Positions 28,535 to 36,662 of a stretch of 64,000 nt of DNA are shown one piece after another (within the stretch, counting starts at the first letter, position 1; each line of letters begins with the position of its first letter). A program made the translations under genes and the position numbers. The DNA comes from an uncultured Clostridia bacterium. GTDB lineage: Bacteria > Bacillota > Clostridia > Christensenellales > UBA1242. Where the stretch lies: NCBI GenBank assembly GCA_947588355.1, contig CANPYI010000004.1:1244-65243 (forward strand), read 5' to 3'. Below the pieces are notes generated by a model. That model was not told where the DNA came from and did not search any database. It was given only the letters and a program-made list of their open reading frames with translations.

Positions 28535-28686
28535 CATTTTTGCCAAAATTTTTAAAATTTTTTTTACTTTTTTTGAATGTAAAATTTATTGAGCCTAATT
28601 TTATTATTTTTTGTTGAATTATTTTCGTGACCAAAACAAACACACGTGCATATCATAATAGTGTATGGACTTTAAGGAGGTTTAAA

Positions 28687-29355
28687 ATGTCATTTTACAT
28701 CAACAACACCAACCCAAACAGACCAGGACCAATTTGCGGTAATGTTACAAATGGAATATGTGAAAAAATCTTGATTCAAACGACAAAAGTTTTTGACGCG
28801 TGCGTTTGTTCCACGACAGAAACTGGCATTGTTTTGACCGGCACTGACTTTTTCCCAGCCAATCCTGTTCAACCGCTTACATATGTGTCAGCGGAAAACA
28901 CACAAGGACAAAGTGCAACAATTTCTGACCTTGTGATTGACCGTCTTGAAAGTTGTCCAAACTATGCAAACGTTTCTTTCACTTTGACAATTCCTGTAAC
29001 AATCACCTACAGCGATGCCACTGGTGCACTTGGCTCCGCACTTTCAACAATCACAGTAACAAAATCTGTAATTTTGTTTGTGCCACAACCTGCACTTGCG
29101 CCTATTGACATTGTTGCAACAGGGATCTTCAGCAGCAGAATCGGAAGTTTCACTGCACCAAACATCTTCACTGTGACAGGGTGTATCCAAGTTATTGTAA
29201 GAGTGGTCAGCGTGGTTGATGTCCTTGTGCCATCGTATGGCTATCCTGTTTTGCCACCTTGCAAACAAGCACCACAACAAAGTGCATGTCCAGGGCTTTC
29301 GGATTTGCCAATCTATCCAACAGCGACAGCAGTTGGCACAATTCCACAAATTTAA
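28687..29355 (+). CDS. hypothetical Cys-containing beta-rich protein (possible spore-surface component)
   Basis: Start MSFYINN behind AAGGAGG. T/V/I/S-rich with an N-terminal Cys cluster (ICGNVTNGICEKILIQTTKVFDACVC) and a C-terminal P/Q/C-rich tail. Sigma-K-like -10 CATATCATA at 28649-28657. Confidence 0.6.
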   Translation: MSFYINNTNPNRPGPICGNVTNGICEKILIQTTKVFDACVCSTTETGIVLTGTDFFPANPVQPLTYVSAENTQGQSATISDLVIDRLESCPNYANVSFTLTIPVTITYSDATGALGSALSTITVTKSVILFVPQPALAPIDIVATGIFSSRIGSFTAPNIFTVTGCIQVIVRVVSVVDVLVPSYGYPVLPPCKQAPQQSACPGLSDLPIYPTATAVGTIPQI

Positions 29356-29363
29356 AAAAAATT

Positions 29364-29389
29364 CCATCAGAAAAACTGATGGTTTTTTT
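29364..29389 (+). terminator. intrinsic terminator
   Basis: ccatcag-aaaaa-ctgatgg followed by T7. Confidence 0.8.
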
Positions 29390-29390
29390 A

Positions 29391-29420
29391 TTGTCATACA
29401 AGGCTTTCGTGTGTTATAAT
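29391..29420 (+). promoter_or_regulatory. promoter of the GDPD-family gene (extended -10)
   Basis: TTGTCA-18 nt-TGtTATAAT. The -10 ends only 6 nt before the ATG at 29427, which suggests a leaderless mRNA. Confidence 0.5.
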
Positions 29421-29426
29421 GCAAAC

Positions 29427-30367
29427 ATGAGAAAGAAAATGTTGTACATATCAATTATATCTTTTACAGTATTGTGTCTTTTGTTTGAATTTTTAAAGTT
29501 TTTCACTGACTTCAATTTTTTGTACGTAAGTTTGGCGTTTGAACTTTTTTTGGCACTTTTTCTTTGTTCACTGTTATTTCACAAAAAAACAATTTGTGTA
29601 GGCTGCATTTCTTTGCTTTTAAGCACACTTTTCATCACCCCAAACTGTATAACAATTGGATACAACGATCCCACCGCCTCTCAAACCATTATACATGCGG
29701 GGGGGGGAATTTCAACCTCTCATACTTAAATTGCCAAGAAATCTTTGATGAGGCACTCGATAAAGGGCAAAATCTTATTGAAATCGATTTTTTGCTAAGT
29801 AAAGACGAAAAGGTGATATGCTCGCATCAACTTGAATACATACAAGGATACAGTTTAAATAATCGCCCAACATACCAACAATTCAACTCTTCAATTTTGC
29901 TTGATAAATATCACCCTTTGACTCTGGAGCATATTTTTGAGCAACTGAAAAGCCACAAAAACGCAAAAATAATTTTTGATAGCAAAGAGAATGATAAAAC
30001 AAAAATACTCAGTAAAATTGTTGAAAATGCCAAAAATAACAATTTTGATATTTTTGACAAAATGATTGTCCAAATATATAGCGAGAAAAATTATCAAAAC
30101 ATAAAATCTGATGTCAATTTGTCGCAATTTAAAGAATTTTGGTACACCAATTATGTTTCAAATTTGCTTCCCTCAACTATAAATGCTATATTTGCTGACA
30201 AAAAAGACGTAAGCACTTATGTAATGAACAAACAATTTTGGCTATTTTTCACGCAATTAGGCATGAAAACAAACAAACACATCGCAGTGCATACAATAAA
30301 TGACATGGAAAGTGTGAAATTTTTAGAACAAAAAGGTGTAGACTTAATTTTCAAAGATTATTTTTAA
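29427..30367 (+). pseudogene. membrane-anchored glycerophosphodiester phosphodiesterase family protein, frameshifted at a G9 tract (phase-variable candidate)
   Basis: Frame 1 (MRKKMLYIS..., 3-4 TM) ends IIHAGGG then ISTSHT*. The frame of ORF 29564..30367 continues NFNLSYLNCQEIFDEALDKGQNLIEIDF... (GDPD-like H-x-G-G ... IE-x-D). Ten or seven G would fuse them into one 313- or 312-aa protein. Confidence 0.75.
29699..29707 (+). repeat. homopolymeric G9 tract inside a coding sequence
   Basis: gcGGGGGGGGGaattt read directly from the sequence. Confidence 0.95.
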
Positions 30368-30394
30368 AAAAAAGAGGCAAAAGCCTCTTTTTTG
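30366..30394. terminator. bidirectional terminator between the GDPD gene and rpsI
   Basis: A8-agaggc-aaaa-gcctct-T6. Confidence 0.8.
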
Positions 30395-30406
30395 TTGATA
30401 AACCAA

Positions 30407-30814
30407 TTATCTCTTTGAGAATTGTGATGCTTTACGTGCTTTCTTCAAGCCATACTTCTTTCTTTCCTTCATTCTTGGATCACGAGTGAGAAGTCCTGCA
30501 TCTTTGAGTTCTTTTTTGTAAGTTTCGTTTGCTTTTACAAGTGCGCGAGAAATTCCGTGACAAATTGCACCTGCTTGGCCGGCAATTCCGCCACCTTCAA
30601 CAACAACAGTGATGTCAAACTTGTCAGCAGTGTTTGTCAAAGTCAAAGGCTGTTTTGCAATCAAAAGCAGTGTGTCGCGTTGAAGATATTCGCCAATCTC
30701 CCTGCCGTTGACTGTGATTTTTCCGTTGCCTGCACTCATGCGCACACGAGCAATAGAACTTTTTCTTCTTCCTGTTGCAACAAAGCAACCTGTTTTTGTC
30801 TTTTTCTCAGCCAT
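30407..30814 (-). CDS. rpsI: 30S ribosomal protein S9
   Basis: 135 aa ending ...[12 protein letters not shown]. Confidence 0.96.
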   Translation of the reverse strand: MAEKKTKTGCFVATGRRKSSIARVRMSAGNGKITVNGREIGEYLQRDTLLLIAKQPLTLTNTADKFDITVVVEGGGIAGQAGAICHGISRALVKANETYKKELKDAGLLTRDPRMKERKKYGLKKARKASQFSKR

Positions 30815-31257
30815 TATTCTCTAACTCCCTTTAATGTAACTGCTTGTGGATTTTGTGCTTGTTGATTGTGCTCCGCACCCTTGTAAACATGAAGTCTTGT
30901 GATTTGCTTTCTGCCTAAGGATGTTTTTGGAAGCATACCTTTCACGGCCTTTTCAACAACTTTGTCGCTGTTGTTTGCCATAAGTGTGTCGTATCCAACC
31001 TCTTTAAGACCACCAATAAATCCAGTGTGCCAACGAGATTTTTTCTGTTCCAATTTTTTTCCTGTCAAAACAAGTTTGTCAGAATTTATAACCACAACAA
31101 AGTCTCCTGTGTCAACATGAGGAGTGTAAATGGTTTTATTTTTTCCTGTCAAAAGATCAGCAACCTGGGATGCAAGACGGCCAAGAGGCATATTTGTTGC
31201 ATCGACAAGCCACCACTTTCTTTCAACAGAGTTTGTGTTTGCCATGTAAGTTTTCAT
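30814..31257 (-). CDS. rplM: 50S ribosomal protein L13
   Basis: 147 aa; RKWWLVDA and [14 protein letters not shown] motifs. Confidence 0.96.
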   Translation of the reverse strand: MKTYMANTNSVERKWWLVDATNMPLGRLASQVADLLTGKNKTIYTPHVDTGDFVVVINSDKLVLTGKKLEQKKSRWHTGFIGGLKEVGYDTLMANNSDKVVEKAVKGMLPKTSLGRKQITRLHVYKGAEHNQQAQNPQAVTLKGVRE

Positions 31258-31347
31258 TATTTTCTCCTAAAATATTTTGTTTTTTGTTTCAAAAACGACT
31301 TTCATGGGGCTAACAATAAAAATCGCCTTGAAACACAAGACGAATTT

Positions 31348-31376
31348 ATTTTAAACAATTTTTGTACACTTGTCAA
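31348..31376 (-). promoter_or_regulatory. sigma-A type promoter of rplM-rpsI
   Basis: Minus strand TTGACA-17 nt-TAAAAT; ~85-nt leader (possible L13 leader). Confidence 0.55.
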
Positions 31377-31425
31377 GTATTTGAAACAAATTTTTCAAGA
31401 ATTTTAAACAATGTGCAGCAGTTTT

Positions 31426-31998
31426 TCATCCAGCCTTTCCAACTGGTTGTTTGAAAGTGTTCACATCTTCGCGAACATTTTCTGCGGCGTTTACAAGGGC
31501 ATTGTATTTGATGAGTTCTTTAAAAAGTTTGCTTTTGCTTTCTTTTGTTTGCGGCTGACTTTTCAGTTGTTCCGCTTTGCTGAGAACTTTGCTTGATATA
31601 ACTGTCATTATGTATTCAAGTTGCAGATGATTTTTTGCTTCCTTAAACTTGTCCGCAAATTCCAAATCATACGCAGAAGTGCTTTTCACAAGTGCCAAAA
31701 TTATGTCTTTTTCATTTTGATTTGCCAAAGCAGAAACTTGTGGCAAACAATTTGACAAAACTGTCTTTTTGGCAGTTGCAAAATCCTGCCCTTTTTCGAC
31801 GTTTTCAAGCACCGATGAAAGTTCTTCCTTAAAAAACTCAGGGACTGGCAAACCTTTTTCCTTCAAAAAGTTTTGATTAAATTTGCAAACCAAATACAAA
31901 AAGTTGGACTGTGCCTGTGGCAAACTTGTCTCCTTGGTTTCTTTCACTTTTCCTTGGCTGTCAAAGTCCAAAAGATTGAGCATATACAAAAAACACAT
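31426..31998 (-). CDS. hypothetical protein
   Basis: 190-aa ORF with GAGGTG RBS; helical, K/E-rich. No recognisable family. Confidence 0.55.
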   Translation of the reverse strand: MCFLYMLNLLDFDSQGKVKETKETSLPQAQSNFLYLVCKFNQNFLKEKGLPVPEFFKEELSSVLENVEKGQDFATAKKTVLSNCLPQVSALANQNEKDIILALVKSTSAYDLEFADKFKEAKNHLQLEYIMTVISSKVLSKAEQLKSQPQTKESKSKLFKELIKYNALVNAAENVREDVNTFKQPVGKAG

Positions 31999-32086
31999 AA
32001 TTCACCTCGCATAAACCAATTCCCCAAGTTGATTCGAAAATGATTATATCACAACTTTTTGCATAAACCAAACAATTTTTGAATAT

Positions 32087-32956
32087 TTATTCATTTTTTT
32101 CATATTTGGCAAAAAAACTTACTGCAATTGCGCCCGGTCCAACATGCGTGCCAATAGTGCTTCCAATCATATATTTTGGTATATTTTCGCAATCAACTTT
32201 GCCTTGCCACAGCAACTTGCTGTCTTGAAGATATTTCTGCAAAAATTGGTCACTCAGTCCCGAATATGCCAGAGCAAAAGGCATATCAAAGTCAATTCCA
32301 CCACATTTTTCCACCAATTGCATCAACAAATTGTTGCCTTTTTTTGAGCCCATTGCTTTGCCAATCAACTTGACCTCTCCATTTTGTAGACAAACAACAG
32401 GTTTTATTGACAAAAGTTCGCCCGTGAATGCCACAACAGACGAAATTCTGCCGCCCTTTTTAAGATATTTCAAAGTGTCCAACACCGCCAAAAGTTGAAT
32501 ACTTTTCTTTTTTGTTTCAAGTTCGGAAACAATTTCTTTGACGTTCAAGTTTCCCTCTTTGATCAATTTTAAGGCATATTCGCACAGCACACGTTCTCCG
32601 ATTGTTGCTTGCAGACTGTCCACCACAAACACACTTCCTTCAAACTTTTTTGCTGCACTTTTTGCACTGTTGTATGTTCCAGAAAGTTTTGAAGATATCG
32701 TGATACACACAACTTGATCGCCATTTTTAGTTAAATTTGCAAAGCATTCTTCAAAACGATAACTGTTTATTTGGCTTGTCTTTGGAAGTTGGTCGCTTTC
32801 AATCAATTTTTCAAAAAATTCTCGATGCGACAAATTGAAGCCATCAAAATATTCTTCTTCTCCAAAATTAACCTGCATTGGAAGTAAAAACACTCCAAGT
32901 TTTTCTCCTTCGTTTTGCTCTATATCACTTCCCGTGTCCACAACCAATTTAATCAT
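32087..32956 (-). CDS. DegV family fatty-acid-binding protein
   Basis: 289 aa with a typical DegV N-terminus (IKLVVDTGSDI) and length. Confidence 0.88.
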   Translation of the reverse strand: MIKLVVDTGSDIEQNEGEKLGVFLLPMQVNFGEEEYFDGFNLSHREFFEKLIESDQLPKTSQINSYRFEECFANLTKNGDQVVCITISSKLSGTYNSAKSAAKKFEGSVFVVDSLQATIGERVLCEYALKLIKEGNLNVKEIVSELETKKKSIQLLAVLDTLKYLKKGGRISSVVAFTGELLSIKPVVCLQNGEVKLIGKAMGSKKGNNLLMQLVEKCGGIDFDMPFALAYSGLSDQFLQKYLQDSKLLWQGKVDCENIPKYMIGSTIGTHVGPGAIAVSFFAKYEKNE

Positions 32957-32959
32957 ATT

Positions 32960-33400
32960 TCACTCTCCATATTGCTGACAAGTTTGTTGCAACTTTTCCG
33001 ACAATTCTTGCAAAGTTTCGTAAAATTTGTCACGATCTTTTTTCACGCCGACAAAGTTTAAAATTTTTTCAACTTTTTTCGAAACAATTTCAGCAATTCC
33101 GTTACCCTTTGGTGTCAGCCTAATCTTGTTTTTGTATTTCTTATCGCCCAAACTGTCAATGAAAACATATCCACTTGTTTCAAGTTCTTTGACAACACGA
33201 GAAGTGGCTGCCTTGTCTTCATCGCATGCCATACTAAGTTCCCCCGATGTCATGCCATCTTTACTGCAATATAACTGAAAAAGTGCCGAAGCCTGCTTCC
33301 CCTTCAACCCCAATTCTGCCATTTCTTCGTTCTTAATCTTTTGAATACATCTTGATATGTTTAATATCAAACTAGTGAACTTTCCAAAACGGTCTTCCAT
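32960..33400 (-). CDS. MarR family transcriptional regulator
   Basis: 146 aa with a winged HTH (MTSGELSMACDEDKAATSRVVKELETSGYV). GGAGG RBS. Confidence 0.85.
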   Translation of the reverse strand: MEDRFGKFTSLILNISRCIQKIKNEEMAELGLKGKQASALFQLYCSKDGMTSGELSMACDEDKAATSRVVKELETSGYVFIDSLGDKKYKNKIRLTPKGNGIAEIVSKKVEKILNFVGVKKDRDKFYETLQELSEKLQQTCQQYGE

Positions 33401-33420
33401 ATGTCCTCCAAATCAACCAT

Positions 33421-33450
33421 AATAATATCACAAAATTTGTTGATTTGTCA
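33421..33450 (-). promoter_or_regulatory. promoter of the marR-degV operon
   Basis: Minus strand TTGACA-18 nt-TATTAT. Confidence 0.5.
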
Positions 33451-33453
33451 ACA
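33436..33453. promoter_or_regulatory. inverted repeat TTGTTGA-tttg-TCAACAA overlapping the marR -35 (probable MarR operator)
   Basis: Perfect 7-bp arms read directly; they overlap the -35 and spacer of the marR promoter. Confidence 0.55.
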
Positions 33454-33486
33454 ATTTTACACTTATGCAAAAATTTTAAAAATTTA

Positions 33487-33515
33487 TTGCAAAACTGCGA
33501 AAAAGATGCTATACT
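33487..33515 (+). promoter_or_regulatory. promoter of tRNA-Arg
   Basis: TTGCAA-17 nt-TATACT, ~22 nt upstream of the mature tRNA 5' end. Confidence 0.6.
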
Positions 33516-33537
33516 TCATCCGTGCAATCTCCGACCC

Positions 33538-33613
33538 GACCTCATAGTAAAACTGGATATTACGGCCCCCTCCTAAGGGGTTGTTCTGGGTTCGAGTCCC
33601 GGTGGGGTCACCA
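33538..33613 (+). tRNA. tRNA-Arg (anticodon CCU), CCA encoded
   Basis: Hand-folded. Acceptor gacctca/tggggtc (one G-U), U8, D stem gtaa/ttac with a GG loop. Anticodon stem gcccc/ggggt, loop cTCCTaa. T arm ctggg-TTCGAGT-cccgg, discriminator A plus CCA. Confidence 0.88.
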
Positions 33614-33615
33614 GC

Positions 33616-33651
33616 AAAAAAAACTTGTCAGGTTTTGACAAGTTTTTTTTT
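33616..33651 (+). terminator. intrinsic terminator after tRNA-Arg
   Basis: A8-cttgtca-ggtt-tgacaag-T9. Confidence 0.85.
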
Positions 33652-33664
33652 AATTTGAAAAGTA

Positions 33665-33781
33665 TTTGAAGTCTGTTTAATTTAATCTGTTTATTGTTTA
33701 TTTACTTCACTTAGGTCTGTTTATTTAAACATCACTTAAGTTTTTTTTGTTTATTCACTTGTTAAGTTTGTTTAAGAACAT
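33665..33781. repeat. degenerate tandem repeats (TGTTTATT ... CACTTARG), 4-5 units
   Basis: gtctgtttaattta / atctgtttattgtttatttacttcacttag / gtctgtttatttaaacatcacttaag / ttttgtttattcacttgttaag / tttgtttaag. Confidence 0.55.
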
Positions 33782-36331
33782 TTAGTCTTGTTTTTCAACA
33801 ACCTCATAAACATTTCCGTTTCCGCCCTTAACTTGAGACTTATAACCATCCTTCAAGTAAGATTGTCTGTCATTTGTGTTTGGATGTTCTGGGTTAAAGC
33901 CTGTAAATTCGCCGCCGCTAACTTCAATTTTGGCTTGTGTTTCATTTGCTTCGTCATAAATGTTTAAAGTCCACTTGCCACTATCATTTGTTGATGTAAA
34001 CTTACCGTTTGCGATTTCCACTGTTCCATTATTTACCAAAACAATAGGCGCTTTAGTTTCAAACACACCACTTTCAATCACAAGATGTCCAGCACGTTCT
34101 GGTTCCATGAATAATTGAGAACCAACATTGATTAGTGCAAGGGTGTTGCTTTTAGAAACAAATTTGCCATTTTCTTTGCTATCTTTGATTGTTAATTTTG
34201 CATTAAACACAATGAATATTGCAGAGTAGTTTGTTGTCAAAGTGTGTCCGTTGAGGTCAAGAGTGATTTGGCTTTTGGCATTTTCAAGTTGAATGTACTT
34301 TCCATCGAAAGTTATATCACTGTCCAAAACAACAGTTTGAGTTTTGGCTGCAGTCAAAGCCGTTCTGAAACTTTCTGCTGTTTTAACGTGAACATTTCCG
34401 TCTGTATATGCCTTTACAGTGTAAGTGTCACTACTTTCTTCTGCATAGAAGCCTTCTGCAACATATGATTCTTTTCCGTCATCGTTTTTAAGTTCGTCAG
34501 GATTGAATCCATGGAACTTTCCGCCCTTTACAATGATGTTTGCAGTTCCGTTTTGAGCATTTGCATTCAAGCAGTTCAAAAGGAAGTTTTTGTTTCCATT
34601 TGTCGTTTGTTTAATATCAAATTCGCCGTCGTTGATTGTGCAAATTCCATGATGAACATATACCGCATGAACATTTCCTTTGAAAGTTCCGTTTTCAATC
34701 GTCAAAGTTCCGCCATAAACGTCCAAAGCATACACATCATCTTGTTTTGCGTCAAATGTGCCATTGCCTGTAACTGTCAATTCTCCACCGTCTCTGACAG
34801 ACACAAGTGACCATCTGTCATTTTCGCCGTATCCTTCTTCGCCATCGTTACTCCAAACATCAACTGTGTTTGAGATTTTGTGTCCAGCAAGGTCAAGTGT
34901 AACATTTTTGTTTGTAACTTTGAAGATTTTTGCAGTATCCAAGGTTATGTCGCTTGTAAGAACGACATATGAATTGTCGTGTTTAAGTGCGGCTGTGAGA
35001 GTGTCAACATCTTTTGCGTAGCGATAATTTTCAGCTTCAGAAACAGTCCAAACCTGCAATTTTTCGTCTGCATTATCAGTGGTTTTTTCAACTTTATATC
35101 CATCATCAACAAAGTTTATTCCGCCAGTCAAACTTTCTGCTTTGTTGTTTGCTGGATTAAATCCGTGGAAAATTCCGCCCCTTACAATAATGTGGGCTGT
35201 TCCGTTTTTATAATATGCATCTTCACAATTCAAAAGATATCTCTTGTCGCTGTGCCCATCTGACAGTTGTTGCATGTCAAATTCTCCACCTTCAACAATA
35301 AGTGTGCCAGTTCTAACATAAACAGCATCAGCATTTCCGTTGAATTTTCCGTCTTTAATGGTCAATTCTCCGCCTTTAACTACAAACACCCAGCAATCAT
35401 CTTTCAAAGCGGTCATTTCGCCAGTTCCTTCAACTGTCAATTTTCCGTTTTCTTCCACAGAAATGAGTGCAAGTTTGTCTTGGCTTCCGTTCCAAATTGG
35501 AGTTTCGTTTTTGATTGTATGACCGCCCAAATCAAGAGTGAATGTTTTTGCCACTTCAATTTGTTTTGTCAAAACAACATCGCCATTGAGTTTTGCTGCT
35601 GAATAATGCTCAATTGCTTTTTCAAGGTCTGCCTCGCTGCCAACAAGAGCAACACCGCTTTCCTCATTCAAGTATGTCACTGTGACATTGTAAGTATCTT
35701 TAAAGAATTTGCCTTCTTCATACTCATAACTTACAGTTACTGTGTATGTTCCTACTTCACTGAAAGCAGCACCAACTGCAACTTTTGTTTCGCCTTTCAC
35801 GGCTTCTGCAGTCACCTTTTGGTAATCTGCTTGTGCAAGATCTTTCTTAGAGTCGTTTTCGTACACGCCCTTCACCTTCAATCCTGTTGTTGTGAAGTTT
35901 TCGCCAACGAGGAATGCGGTGTCAGCACCTTGCGTGTCAAGTTGAATGCCAGTAAGTTCCGGTTCTGCAACTGTGATGTCATAAGTATTTTTGAAGAATT
36001 TGCCATCTTCATATTCATAACTTACATTGACAGTATAAGTTCCTGCTTCAACAAATTCACTGCCCTCGGCAACTGTTGTTTGGCCTTTCACGGCTTCTGC
36101 GGTCACCTTTTCATAGTCTTTTTGTGCAAGTTCCTTTTCAGACTTGTTGTCATACACGCCTTTCACCTTCAAGCCTGTTGTATTAAACTCTTCGCCGGTG
36201 ATGAATGCGATATGAGCATCTTGCGTGTCAAGTGTAATGCCGGTAAGTTTTGGTTCTCCGCACGCAGTGAGCAGAACGCCGCCTACCAAAAGAAAACAAA
36301 AGCAAGCCAAAATTGATAGAATCTTTTTCAT
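33782..36331 (-). CDS. large repetitive surface lipoprotein (2 Ig-like repeats plus 3 beta-helix-like modules)
   Basis: Lipobox GGVLLTAC. Two ~97-aa repeats (LTGI.LDTQ...GTYTV.VSYEYE.GKFFK.TY). Three ~200-aa modules sharing LDL.GH, GG.LTI..G.F.GN..AVYV, GEFD, LLNC, GG.FHGFNP. Confidence 0.85.
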   Translation of the reverse strand: MKKILSILACFCFLLVGGVLLTACGEPKLTGITLDTQDAHIAFITGEEFNTTGLKVKGVYDNKSEKELAQKDYEKVTAEAVKGQTTVAEGSEFVEAGTYTVNVSYEYEDGKFFKNTYDITVAEPELTGIQLDTQGADTAFLVGENFTTTGLKVKGVYENDSKKDLAQADYQKVTAEAVKGETKVAVGAAFSEVGTYTVTVSYEYEEGKFFKDTYNVTVTYLNEESGVALVGSEADLEKAIEHYSAAKLNGDVVLTKQIEVAKTFTLDLGGHTIKNETPIWNGSQDKLALISVEENGKLTVEGTGEMTALKDDCWVFVVKGGELTIKDGKFNGNADAVYVRTGTLIVEGGEFDMQQLSDGHSDKRYLLNCEDAYYKNGTAHIIVRGGIFHGFNPANNKAESLTGGINFVDDGYKVEKTTDNADEKLQVWTVSEAENYRYAKDVDTLTAALKHDNSYVVLTSDITLDTAKIFKVTNKNVTLDLAGHKISNTVDVWSNDGEEGYGENDRWSLVSVRDGGELTVTGNGTFDAKQDDVYALDVYGGTLTIENGTFKGNVHAVYVHHGICTINDGEFDIKQTTNGNKNFLLNCLNANAQNGTANIIVKGGKFHGFNPDELKNDDGKESYVAEGFYAEESSDTYTVKAYTDGNVHVKTAESFRTALTAAKTQTVVLDSDITFDGKYIQLENAKSQITLDLNGHTLTTNYSAIFIVFNAKLTIKDSKENGKFVSKSNTLALINVGSQLFMEPERAGHLVIESGVFETKAPIVLVNNGTVEIANGKFTSTNDSGKWTLNIYDEANETQAKIEVSGGEFTGFNPEHPNTNDRQSYLKDGYKSQVKGGNGNVYEVVEKQD

Positions 36332-36397
36332 AAAACCTCCTATATATTTTCTTGTGTGAGTGAGTTTGATCGTTTTGATTTTTCACTCTCGAAAGAG

Positions 36398-36428
36398 AGT
36401 TTATCATGTGGGGGGGGGAATTTGTCAA
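36398..36428 (-). promoter_or_regulatory. promoter of the surface lipoprotein gene with a C9 tract in the spacer
   Basis: Minus strand TTGACA-aattCCCCCCCCCacaTGa-TAAACT. The spacer is 19 nt in this sequence, with an extended -10 TG. Confidence 0.6.
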
Positions 36429-36605
36429 ATGATTTTTCAAAAAAAATCAAACTTTTTCTCTTTCGACAAAAAACGCCAAATCTCACGCGCAAAATCATGA
36501 AAAAGCATCAAAAATCAGTTGTAGTTTGTGTGAAAATAAAAAATCTATTCAGCCACAAAAAAACTTGAAAGTCAAAATAATAAAAAACTTTTGATTGAAA
36601 AAGGT

Positions 36606-36634
36606 TTGACTTATCCAAAATTATCCTATATACT
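36606..36634 (+). promoter_or_regulatory. promoter of the GT8 gene
   Basis: TTGACT-17 nt-TATACT. Confidence 0.55.
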
Positions 36635-36662
36635 AAGCCTAGAACAAACGATAGGAGAAAAA

